Counted from the first letter of the stretch, positions 23,401 through 34,888 are shown. The stretch: 64,000 nt of DNA from Selaginella moellendorffii (GCF_000143415.4 NW_003314364.1:124001-188000); one strand, 5' to 3'. A program made the numbers and translations. The notes: generated by a model not told the origin, from the sequence alone.

Positions 23401-25898
23401 GGCAAGCACCAGCCAAGCTCAAACTGACAGTGGTCATAAAAAGCGAAAGCACGTTGGACAGTCGTCGGGATCAGAGGCGTTTGATTCGAAAAGGAAGAAG
23501 GGCAACGAAAAGATGATAGGTAATGCCTCGCGGTTATGGCGTGTGTGCTCATGCCATTCATTGCAGATCAAGGGCTGAGTGAAAGGAGCCAGTCACCACC
23601 TTCTGACTCAGATTCCTATGGCGGACTCCCCTTCCCCAATCTCAATGGAGAGGTACAATGGATGAGGGATGCTTTTCAAGTCAGGGCCACGTTTTTCTCA
23701 TCTCATCGTCTTCGAAGGGTGCAAGAACGTGCAGAAACCATATTAAGACAGTCGGGTGAGGATACGGTCCTAGGTCACGCACTAAAACAGGCTATGGATG
23801 TCTTGTATTTTGAGATGGAGACTCGGCCAGATGATTTTCCCAAGATGGTCCTGGAAAAACAAGCCATCCAGCCTGAGCAGCCTATGGAAGAAATGTAGGA
23901 GGGGGATGAGGAGCCAGAGAAAGATAATGAGCAGGAAGAGCAGAAGGACGAAGAGGAGGACAAAGAAGAGGAGGACGAAGAAGAGGAGGATGAAGAAGAG
24001 GAGGACGAAGAGGACTTGGATGGTCCTCACAATGGTGACGATCACAATAACGACGATGACGATGATGACGACGATGGCCAGCCTGAGGTGGCCAAAGAGC
24101 AGCGGAGGAAGGTCATACAAGACAAACCATCAGGTAAATAATAGTACATCCATTCCTAACCTTTTACCATTTCTAACATTGTCCATGTAGGTCGCAGAAG
24201 AAATGGTAAGTAGAGATTATTCAGTTGAATTAAGATACAAACTCTAGCCTTTAGTGTCGAGGAAGGATAGTGCCAAGTAAGGGTCGAAACGTATGTCCAA
24301 TCCTTCAGAATCAGCAGTGCGCCCAAGTGATATCGGTCCTAGTTCCTCAATAGCAGTTGATGGTAAATACAGTATAGTCGATTCAATGTGCTAATGAGTT
24401 TGTTTTTAGTAGCACGGGAGGATACCATCTCAATCGAAGGGAGATATTTGGACATGCATATGGATCCGCCAGTGGACTCTACTTGCCTGCAAGAGTCATC
24501 AGAGCTGGTGGAGGCTACTATCCATATCAACGCCAAGCAAGCTGACCATGCTCCACTTGATGCTGCCCATACCACTGAGTCAATCTTGTCCACGTATCCA
24601 ACTGACGGTGACCAGGCGCTATTGGACCCGCATGAGGCCGCCCCAGCCGCCGAGCCGGTCGTATCCTCATTTCCAACGTGTGCCCAATCGTCTGACTACG
24701 CGCCGTTGGAACCTCCCTACACCGCCCCTGCTGCCTGTTTGGTCATGTCCACTTTGCCAACGGAGGCACCAGCTGAAATGGCGTGTGATCACACGCCATC
24801 GGAACCACCCCATGCCACTGTTGAGCCAGTTGTACCAGAGTCTACAGCTGAAATGATGCGTGCCCACACGCCATCGGATGCGTGCCCACACGCCATATTG
24901 CAGAGGAGAGTATTTCCGCCCTTCACGTTTCCTCGACCAAAACCCTCTGAACGACCATCGGGAGCACCATTCGCTAATATTGTAGATGGTAAAATTGACT
25001 TGTACCATTTTTTATGCTAACGCATTTCATTTTAGAGTCACGGCGAAAGTACTGTATCGTTTTTGATCTGAATGGTGTCCTTTTCTCCCATGAGCATGGC
25101 TCGTCCTCGAATGTCACTGCACCCTCCAAAGCCTGCGGTCGCAAGTTGGTCAAAAGAGACAGATTCACATTAATCACACGGGAGAAACTGCGGGATCTAA
25201 TAATGACCATGCGACACTTAAAACAGAGGGCCGGGTTCAATTTGCAATTGGGAGTTTGGACATCCATGATGCGCCACAATGCATTAACGTTGCTACAGAT
25301 GATGCACGATCAGACGCGAGTAATATTACCATTTGACTTTCTCCTAACGCAGGAGGATTGCTTGACTATGGTCCATGTGAGGGGTAGCAAGACCATCTTC
25401 ATCAAGCCAGAGGCTGTAGTGATGAACCGGACTGCTAGGTCAAGTGAAATCCTCATCATCGATGACTCGCCGATTAAAACTGCAGCGAACACGCACACAT
25501 ATGCAGTGCACCCCATCTCTTGCAGTATGGAAACTAGGGAGAAGAAACCGTATGTTCTTGGGGACCTTGCAAAACGGCTTGAAGCGATGGTGATAGAGAA
25601 CCGGCCAGTCCAGGAGGTGGCTGCAGAAATCAACCAAATGGCAGATGGAACGGTATATCAGAAGCCATTTGATTGGACAGACACCAGTCATCATTTATGG
25701 CATGTATATTGTCTAGCCAAGCACTATCCGCATCTCCATAATCTGCTCAACCGGATGGGTTCTTCGACCACTGAACATGAGCGTGGACGTATTAGAGAAG
25801 AGATGGCATTACTATTGGGTTTAAATCCTGATAGTGTGGAGAGTGATGAAATTCCAAGATTATTGTATAGGCGTTGGAGGCAAAAAATAACAGTCTGA
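20430..25898 (+). pseudogene. Transposon cargo gene, multi-exon: ParB/Srx-like + degenerate N6/N4-MTase-like + acidic linker + FCP1/NIF-like HAD domain
   Basis: ATG at 20430, then GT-AG introns 20433-20671, 21711-21764, 23074-23123, 23199-23254, 23327-23375, 23520-23566, 24134-24190 and 24989-25035 keep the frame; the 24200-24410 link is uncertain. Stops at 21152 and 23896 are CAG in copy 3. A 140-bp deletion lies at ~21487. Confidence 0.7.
25036..25898 (+). CDS. Terminal exon encoding an FCP1/NIF-like HAD-fold domain
   Basis: IVFDLNGVL (motif I), LGVWTSMM (motif II), IFIK and ILIIDDSPIK (motif IV) occur in the right order. Confidence 0.75.
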
Positions 25899-26218
25899 GA
25901 TGGCATGTATTTATTTAAAAATGTAACTTATTATGGCATGGGGTTCCATGCCAAGGGGAAAGTAAAGATTGAATGGGGACTTGGGCTCCACCTAGACTCG
26001 GAGCAACTGAGCCAATATTAAAAGGATGGAAAGAAATTGGACGACGATGACAAGGAGAAGAGAGAGGTGAAGCAGTGGCAGGGGGAGGAGAAGTGATTAA
26101 GTAGACATTTCCTTGTTTAAAATAAAATGGCATGTGCCTCAATGCAGTTGAATTTTGTTATATTTATATACTATATAAAGGTTTGGAAACCTTATTTTAC
26201 AAGTGGGATAATGACAAT

Positions 26219-26242
26219 TCCCACTTTAACGAAATAGAGCTT
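26219..26242 (-). repeat. Right TIR (reads AAGCTCTATTTCGTTAAAGTGGGA on the minus strand)
   Basis: The same end occurs at 42897-42920 and 56987-57010. Confidence 0.93.
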
Positions 26243-26246
26243 AGAG

Positions 26247-29200
26247 GGGAGGATCGACATACTGTGCATCCAAGAGCACAAGATGGTGAAGGCTCCAGAC
26301 TTCAATTTGGGCATGCACGGGAGAATTTGGTGGAATCCGGCCACGCAAGTGAGAACACGGTGTGGAGGAGGAACAGCGATCATCGTCTCTACCAAGTGGT
26401 CAGCGCAGGTACGCGACCACAGGGTGCTGGTCCCAGGGATAGCACAGTTGTTGGTCATACACCTACACTTTGGACGTGTTGGGATTGTCAACGTGTATGC
26501 ACCCACTCGAAGAAGGGAGCGCGCACAAATGTGGACAGATATCCAGCAGAGCACTCAAGAAGTGGCAGACGAGTGGCTTGTGGTAGGAGACTTCAACATG
26601 GTGGAGGGTTTGAGTGACCGGCGAGTTTCACTGGAAACCATACAGGGGAGAGAGAGAAAGAGTTGGACAGTGCTAGTCGAAGCCTTGGGAGTCTTGGACC
26701 TCCAGCACGCAGAGGGGTTCGCTGCACACTCCCACCCATTCACGAGACGCCAATCGACAGGGTGCCAAGCTCGACTGGACAGGATTTACACTTCCACCAG
26801 GCTGCGACAAGACGGAGGGGGACTCAAAACGTGGCCCACGTTTGCCACCTTTTCAGACCACGACCCACTCTGAGGCATTCTCAAGCTACAGGCGGTGAAA
26901 GGAACAGCGGTGCAGAGGAAGATCACCAAAGCCACAATGGTTGACCCGGTAGCAGTGAAGCTCGTCCAGGAAACACTGGACAGCAGCAAAGGGGAACTTG
27001 TCTTGGCACTAGGCACTTGCTCCACTAAGCTCCGGGAAAGGCAAGCGGCTCTCAAAGGGGAAGTCTTGAAAGAGGTGAGACTGGCGAGACAAAAGGTGGC
27101 GGCAGCCCAGAGAATGGTCCTACATGCAAACGACAAGGCCAGATGGACAGCAACACTGGATGAGAGGGAAGCAGAGCTGCGGGACAAAGAATATGCAGCG
27201 TGGAGTGGTGGACTCCGATCCCTGGAGGATAGCTGGGTGATGAATGAACGGCTTCTCAACAAAGCATTCTAAAAAGGGATCCGTCCAGTCACCGACTCCC
27301 CCCCGATCCTAGGACTGAGGAAGGACGATGGAGAAGTGGTCGAGGACCAATAGGGAATGCAGGGGCTGGCCCAGGAGTTCTACCAGAAGCTGTACACGGC
27401 CCAGCCCTGGTCCCCGGATAGGAGAGACGCCGCAGGCAGAGTGCTGTCTACTCTTCCACGCAGAGTTCCCGATGAGTACCTGGAGAAGTTGGTGGCCGAC
27501 TTTTCATTGGAAGACCTCCATCGAGCCCTGGAGCAGCGGAACGATGACAAGATGCCAGGTATGGACGGCCTCCATCCGGCATTCTATGAGGAGTATTGGG
27601 ACGACGTTGGCCTGATGCTCCTGGAGACATGGCGAGACGCACAGAAAACAGGGGTGCTGCCAGGAGAGATACTAGAGGGGAAAGCCAGGCATCGAGACTT
27701 GGGGACAGGAGATAGGCTTTCAGTGGCTTCGCCCTGGCGAAGACACTCGGTACCTCGGCATCCAGGTTGGGACCCAGTACAATGCGGCTACACAGGATGA
27801 CACGCTTCTCAGGAGGATCCAGACCGCAGTTCAGAAATGGACACCAAGGAAACTCAGACTCCCAGCCCGGATTGTAGTGGTCAAGAGTGTGATCCTCCCT
27901 AGCATCTGGTACCACCTCTCGATTTGGCCAGTGCTGGAAACTACACTGCAGAAGGTGAGACAGATGGTGCGGACCTACGTATGGCGTGGAGCATTGGCTA
28001 CAGGGTGAACCATGGCCAAGGTGGCATGGCAATCTACAGCGAGGCCGCACATTCTAGGGGGGCTGGGGATCATTGACCCCAGCAACATGGCAAAGGCGAT
28101 GAGGTACAAGATTTTTCTCATGGGCTTGCAACAGGGGAGACAGCCGTGGCGACTCATGTTCTGGCAGAGCCTCCTAGCGATACGCCCCAAACACAATGCA
28201 GCCAAACCGTGGGAGGAGGACCCACGGTGGCTCTTCGCAGAAGGACCGACGCAGGTAGTGAGGGGGGGCAACTTCGTCCAGAGCCTTCATCGACTATAGA
28301 GAGCCTTTCCGCTGGAGCAAACACCACCGACCAGGGCCGAGGAGTGGCTCAACCAGCCTTTGTTTTTCAACGCACTGTTCAAAGAGGGAGGTGTGACACT
28401 AGGACGAGAGACACACCACACGATCTGGAGGAAAATGCATGCAAATGGATTCCGGACAATGAAGCAGCTGGCGGGAGTGATTGACAAGGATTGGTGGCGA
28501 ACAGCGAGAAGGACTCAAGTGTTTGGACCTTGGAAGGGACGTAACATCCTGCTGGACGTTCTGCGACTCCTCCGAGTGGTGAACAACACGAAAGCAGGGA
28601 CGAAGTGGCCGAGAAGATGCCTTCAAGCAGGAGACTTTGTGGCGATCCAGCGGCAAACAGAGTGGGAGGAACACGATGCTGTGCGACGTCCGCTAGGGAT
28701 GTGGACTCGAGCATTCACCGCACCTACACCAGCATGGGAAGAAGGGGACGTTGAGGTGTGGTTCGTTGCTGCACCAGAGCTCAACATAGGACTCCCGTTT
28801 CGCATCACGAGAGGAGACACGCTTCTCCCGACGGGTGAGAGACAAGAGATGCCAGACGTCACGGACGATGAGGTACGTGGGAGAATCCGTGTGCTTAGGC
28901 ACTCACCCAAGAGGCTGGACGTGGTGGACTCAGAAGACCTGCTGGAGGGCGATGGATCACTGATATGGTGGCGACAGCAGCTACTAGAAGATCTGGACTG
29001 GGACCCTGCTACATGGCGACGAGGGACAGGAAGCTTTTTCTCCTACGCAGTCAAAGAAGCGCGGAATGGACTACTAACATCACGAGAGGAGGTGAGAGAG
29101 GAGATTCCGAAGCTGTGGCAGAAGTGGATAGCACAGGGGGTCGGCGCGGAGCAAGTGGTGGACAACACGATTCACTTCTGGAAGTTGCCCGTGCAGGAAA

Positions 29201-29922
29201 AAGTGAAAGTCACCTCGTGGTTGGTAGCAAACAATGGGCTTCCGGTTGGACAGCAATTCCAGGACGACGCGAGTCGCAAGTGCAGGGAGTGTGACGAAAT
29301 CGAGACAGTCAAGCATGCACTGTTGGAGTGTGACACTGCAAAGGAGGTGTGGCGCCAGATTATTAAGGCAGGGAAGGAGTTGGGCGTGACACAGGATTTC
29401 GAGGCCCGCAGTGGGGATGTGCTTCACTGGTTTGAGGAAGCGAGAGGCCCTGCCCAGGGCCCAGCCCTACGACACATCAGGTGCAGAGGACGACATGGCT
29501 GGGGGATTCAGGTCCGGTGGGACACGACCGGGGCGGAGGTAGGAGTCCCCGTGTGGGAGGCGCTTGGACATGCTCAATGGGCGATATGGCCTGCGACGGG
29601 AGTCCAGGCCCTTTGGGAAGCACGTAACCGGGCGCACTTCGAAGGGACACAGGTCAGAGTATCACAGGTACTGGCAGAGTGGTGGAGACTTACACTGGCG
29701 GCAATACGGCTTCACCATGCTATCCTCCGGGACAGAGGGAAGCTCGAGAGGCTCGAGGAGTGGCAGAAAGCATGGCTGCCATGTTTTGGTAGAGGAGATC
29801 ACAAGGATGTTCGTTGGAGATGGCACCCCCCGGAGTCGATCTTGCGGTCAGCACGAAGGAGGGACGTGGATCTGGACGTGATACGACGGAGACAACCGCA
29901 GCTGCTTCTACTGCAGGCCTAG
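26247..29922 (+). pseudogene. Remainder of LINE ORF2: APE endonuclease, RT with core deleted, C-terminal zinc finger
   Basis: VNVYAP, VGDFN, RLDRIY, SDHDP, KMPGMDGL, RYLGIQ, GGLGI and CRECDEIETVKHALLEC motifs; several stops and frameshifts. Confidence 0.9.
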
Positions 29923-30059
29923 TCTCACTTTAGATGAGGGAGATCACCACTAGGTAGCATGAGCTTCAGGCAGCATGCCCAGTTTTTGTATTAGTCTCTA
30001 TGGGACATTGGGGAATGTACATACACGTTTCATCGAACTTCTTCTATGGGTGGTGGAGT

Positions 30060-31219
30060 TGTAAGGAACCAATCGCCGAGGTGTCGTAGGCTAAAAGAGC
30101 CCCGAAAGCTTGACCAAAATGATAAAGAGTTCATTGGAGGGGACCAAGTCTAAGATCGAGTCCAAGACCGACTCTAAGACCGAGTTCGAGATAGAGTCCG
30201 GAATCAAGTCCAAGACCGACTCGGAGACCGAGTTTGAGACCGAGTTCAAGACCAAGCTCAAGACGGAGTCCGAGATCTGAAATCGGGTCCGAGACTGAGT
30301 CCGAGGTCGAGTCCGAGGTCGGGTCTGAGATCGGGTCCGAGATCGAGTCCGAGATCGAGTCCGAGACCGAATCCGAAGTCGGATCCGAGATCGAGTCCGA
30401 GATCGAGCCAGAGACTAAGTCCGAGTACTAATACAGGTCAAGGGGTGAAAGCCCAAAGTGTGCGTCTCCCAGGGGGGGCGGGGGCTGCAAGGGGTTCCAA
30501 ATGTATAGTAGGGATAGTGAGGTCCAGGAACCAGTCTTGAAGGAACTCTCTAGTGGTGCTTCCAAATTGACTTGAGGTTGAGACTGGGGCCGAGGGGCCT
30601 TGGGTGGGAGTGAGTATGGGCTTGGGTGGTGCCGGAGGGGCCACCCAGGGAAGTGTTCAAGAGCAGCTCCCACTCCCGAAAGGGAAACCGACTGCAGTGC
30701 TCCCGGCTCATGTGGAGTGGTGCCCCACTTGAGTACCTTGCGGCTCATTGGTCCTCGCCCTTCCTAGGGGCTTGGGCCTTCCCTTCGGGATGGAAGTGGG
30801 GGGGTAGAGGTACCCATACCGGGCCGTTAGGCCACGGTGTTTCGCCCCGATGTCCCGAAGCAAGTGCTGCACCCAAGGCTTGGGATTTAGAGGGTCCCAT
30901 GATCAAGTCTTGTTGTACCAAGGGGTGTTAGGAACCTGGAGGCTTGGTGTGCTTGGCTGCTTGTACCTGCGGAGAGTGTAGCCGAACCTTAAGTCCAGTC
31001 TAACCCAGGGAGGGGGATTGGGAGAGATTTGGGAATCCGTAGATGGATGGTTAACACTCCGTTGCTCGTGCAGTGAGTAGATGAAACCAACTAGGACCAA
31101 GTAGGAGCTGGTACAATAGGCAAGAACCTTGGCAAGGGAACTTAGCACAAGCCAAGGTAGTGTTGGTCGGACAGACGAGGTAAGCTGGCAAATTGGAAAG
31201 GAAAAATTTGTGGCTTACA
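30060..31219 (+). mobile_element. 3' LTR, family 2, preceded by a PPT (30046-30059)
   Basis: TG...CA ends; inverted homologue at 40517-41684; contains a GAGTCCGAGATC array. Confidence 0.88.
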
Positions 31220-31221
31220 GT

Positions 31222-31491
31222 CTGGCCCCAGACACGTCGGGCACCCGGACATGTCGAGCACTTGATATGTCGGGCCCCGATATGTCGGGCCCCGGACATT
31301 TCCGGCACCCGATATGTCCGGCCCCAGACATGTCGGGACATGTCAGGCACCCGATATATCCGGCCCCGGACATGTTGGGTCCCGGATATGTCGGGCACCC
31401 GATATGTCCGGCCCCAAATATATCGGGCCCCGGACATGTTGGGCACCCGATATGCCGGGCCCCGGATGTGTCTGGCCCTGGATATATCCGA
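31222..31491. repeat. Palindrome-rich tandem array (~16-17 bp units, CGGACATGTCGGGCACC-like)
   Basis: Visible periodicity. Confidence 0.85.
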
Positions 31492-31534
31492 GTTTTATTT
31501 TGACACGTGGCTTGGCCTTTGGTTTGATCTCATA

Positions 31535-31693
31535 GAGTTTTATGGTTTTCAATGTGTGCCACATTGACACATGGCATGCACTTTGGTTCGTGCTCAGAGT
31601 TTTATGGTTTTCAATGTGTGCCATATTGACACATGGCATGTGCTTTGGTGAGTTTTATGGTTTTCAATGTGTGTCACATTGACACATGGCATG
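31535..31693. repeat. Three ~55-60 bp direct repeats (GAGTTTTATGGTTTTCAATGTGTG...GACACATGGCATG)
   Basis: Directly visible. Confidence 0.8.
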
Positions 31694-31982
31694 CCCTTTG
31701 GCTTCTCATAGTTGGAGTTTAGTGTCCTTGTATTCCATGTGAAATACATATGTTTGGACTTGCTTGCCATTCCATGTGGTGACAATCACAACACATTCTT
31801 TGTGACTTATACCCTAGTTAATAACTAGCTAATGGCACAATTTGGCAAATACACCTTACATTGACAATTGTAAGTAGTATTTAAGGACCATACACTTTCA
31901 TGCTATGGAAAAATACTCAAAGTTTATATATTAAAACAGTGATCTTACAAAAATAAATGACTTGTAAGGAAAGAAAAAAAGA

Positions 31983-32096
31983 GGGGGTCATTTGGACTTC
32001 CCATGTGGTCACCCAGCCTAGTACTATTCAAGCCCAGAGACACTTAACTTTGGAGGTCTGATGGGATCCAGTGCCATAGTCACGGTTTGAACCCAC
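31983..32096 (-). pseudogene. Diverged 5S rRNA-like sequence
   Basis: The minus strand reads GCACTGGATCCCATCAGACCTCCAAAGTTAAG...TAGTACTAGGCTGGGTGACCACATGGGAAGTCC, matching plant 5S, and is followed by an oligo-T tract. Confidence 0.75.
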
Positions 32097-32730
32097 TTTA
32101 AAATATTTCACACTCCCCCTACTCTTATAGTGTGGGGCAGCTGATCCAAAGCTGCAGCGTACCTCCACAATCCCGTGTTCTTTTTGGGTGCCAAATTGAC
32201 ACGCTATTTGTCGTGCTTACATCCAGCAAGTCACTATATTGCCCAACACATTATAGTGAGGGTGTTTGGCAAACACGGTAAGCTATCATTCAGTGATATT
32301 GAGGGACTAGTCTCAATATGCAAGGGTTCTTGCTAAGCTAGTGCAAGATAGAGCAAAAGAGAACTAAAAGGCTATGCCAAGTATGCTTGGCCAAATAGAC
32401 ACTTAGGAATTTTGTCCTTATGCTCATCCAGCCAAGTATAGATGCTAAGTCCAATTTACTAACACTTGGAAAAAAGGGGCCAATAAAGGGAACCAGTAAT
32501 ACCGTCATGGTAGTAAGGGGAGAGTGTCCATAAGGACTGGCTGAAAAGTATCTTTCGATACCCGAAGTTATGTTTGTGACATAAGGCCTTGAACCTCAGG
32601 TTCCACACCACTGTCTTATAGACATGTGGCATGTGACACATGGCATATGGAGGGTTTAGGTTCCGCTTCGTGATGTTATCCTATGGTAAATCACCATATG
32701 ATAAAGGGTAAAAACCACGTGTGCTACATT

Positions 32731-32741
32731 TGGTATCAGAG
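32731..32741 (+). promoter_or_regulatory. tRNA-iMet PBS after a probable LTR end (...CTACA, 32728) of an older element
   Basis: CA-TT-TGGTATCAGAG. Confidence 0.6.
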
Positions 32742-33167
32742 AATGAGTCTCGGCGATTACTATTCAATGAGATTGGGCAACTAGTCTCATTGCATACGCA
32801 GAGATGAAACGATGATTCGAATGGGTACACGTTTGGGTGCAAAGGCTTCGCAATTGTTCCTTGGGTATGGATTTGGTTACCTTTTTGTACTGTATTATGT
32901 GAGCTTGCTCTTGGGCTCATAAGAGGGATTGAATTATTCCGGTTGCACGAGTTTGAGCTTGGGCTCATGAGTGAGGCACATTAACAACTCAAGGTTACAC
33001 TTTGAGTTGGCAAGATTAATGTTAGCCTATCGGTGGTTCCATGAGTTGTTCCATGTACCGTGGGTGAAAGTAAACCTTCCTTGGGTTTGCTATGAGTGGC
33101 AAATAGGCTGGTTCATAGCTGTTTAGCACGGCACTAGTGCATCCTTCCTAGGCATGATTAAAGTGGA

Positions 33168-34883
33168 TGTAAGCGACTAATTTTTCCATTCTACTTTAGT
33201 CACTTAACCACACCTCCGACCATTTGGAGGAGTCTCATTCACAACCTCCATAAGTCCAATTCAGGACTTGGGACTTGCTAGCCCCGAGAATGGCATCTAT
33301 GCCACTCAACATTTGCACTTGGTCCAAGTGCTCCACGTGTCCAATCCCATGACCGACACTCAAAGGTACCACCGACATAGCAGCCTGTTACGCTAAGGCC
33401 ATGCCCAATCACCTTTGCCACACTGGTAGTCCAATACCACTTGCATCATAGTCTTGGCTCTCCAAGACTAGGCAATCCATCCGTGAGTGGTCATATCAGA
33501 TCCACTCCTTAGCATCCTTAGGATGCCCATCGACAAGGGGGATAGCCTTCCCCAATATCCGTATGTCAGTCTCCACTAAGTCCCTTTCTGCCCCTGGCCG
33601 TGTTTGCCAACACTGCCACTGGATCGAGGCCCACAGGCCCGACCACTAAGTCCCACGGTCCTCTGGGACTTCCTCACCACACGACTGTGTCCTTGGTCAC
33701 TACCCCAGAGGACTGCTCCTCTTCCTTTCCACAGTCTGGGCCTTTGGGACAACATTTCGGAACACCGTGGCCTTACGCGAGCCACCTGGGTACTCTCCCT
33801 GCCTTCCGCCCTTGGGTGCTCTAGCCATGGGCTTAGAGCGAGGTTCTGTTGAGCCACGCCTGGTATCCAAGTAGGTAGTGCCACCCACACTTGGACTGGG
33901 AGCATCGGCCAGTCGATCTCCCGAGGGAACTAGAGCCGGCTCTTGAACACTTCACCAAGCTACCCCGCTTGTCGGTCCGTGTTCACTCTAGTCTTGGACT
34001 TCCCAGTGGTCAGCTCATCACCCAACACTGGGTCTGGCCTTCCTGGGCCAAACTGGCTCCACTGGGCTCCAACCCCCACACTCTCCCCCTACTATACTTT
34101 TGGAACCCCCTGCAGCCCCCCCCCCCCCTGGGGGACGATCGCTTTGGGCTTTCACCCAACTGCCTGTATTAGTATTCGGATCGGACTCAGACTCGGACTC
34201 GAACTCAGTCTCGGTCCCGGATTCGGACCGGACTCGGTCTCGGTCTCGGTCCCGGTCTCGGTTCCATCTCGGACTCCATCTCGGATTCCATCTCGGGTCC
34301 ATCTCGGACTCCATCTCGGGTCCATCTTGGACTCCATCTCGGGTCCATCTCGGACTCCATCTCGGACTCCCTATCGGACTCCACTTCAGGTCCATGTCGG
34401 ACTCCATCTCGGACTCCATATCGGACTCCACTTTGGGTCCATCTCGGACTCCACTTTGGGTCCATCTCGGACTCCATCTCGGACTCCATATCGGACTCCA
34501 CTTCGGGTCCATCTCGGACTCCATCTCAGACTCCATATCGGACTCCACTTCAGGTCCATCTCGGACTCCATATTGGACTCCATCTCGGACTCCACTTTGG
34601 ACTCCATATCGGACTCCACTTCGGGTCCATCTCGGACTCCATCTCGGACTCCATATCGGACTCCACTTTGGGTCCATTTTGGGTCCCTTTTTGGAGCCTT
34701 GCTTATTGGTTGCCTCGTGCTTGCTCCTCGAGCACTTTGTTGGGAGTTCCACTCTCGCTCTCGACCTTCCAAGTCGGAGCTTTTAGTCCAAACGTGTTAT
34801 GCTCGTTTGGCTTTCGCTTCGGCCACTACCACGTGGCACCCTTTCCGGCTCCACTTTGGGGCCTAGGGATTTTGTGTCTCACA
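33168..34883 (-). mobile_element. Solo LTR, family 1 (1716 bp)
   Basis: TG...CA ends; 5-bp TSD GTGGA at 33163-33167 and 34884-34888. Confidence 0.95.
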
Positions 34884-34888
34884 GTGGA

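Larger units (their letters stand above)
11317..26242. mobile_element. Large Sola-like TIR DNA transposon, copy 1
   Basis: 24-bp TIRs at 11317-11340 and 26219-26242; 4-bp TSD AGAG at 11313-11316 and 26243-26246; removing it restores the host ORF2. Confidence 0.93.
7599..30036 (+). mobile_element. Near full-length L1/Tx1-type LINE (copy C), interrupted by the DNA transposon at 11317-26242
   Basis: ORF1 has a CCHC knuckle; ORF2 has an APE endonuclease, RT-flanking motifs and a C-terminal zinc finger; ORF2 rejoins in frame across the insertion. Confidence 0.9.

Noticed and set aside
20430-25898. The cargo gene as a resident host gene
   Set aside because: It lies within the TIRs in all three copies and carries the element-specific motif in its introns.
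11859-26148. The palindromic repeats as a CRISPR array or REP elements
   Set aside because: Spacing is irregular, there are no cas genes, and the context is eukaryotic with introns.
31983-32096. Functional 5S rRNA gene
   Set aside because: Too many substitutions relative to plant 5S, and it is not in a tandem array.
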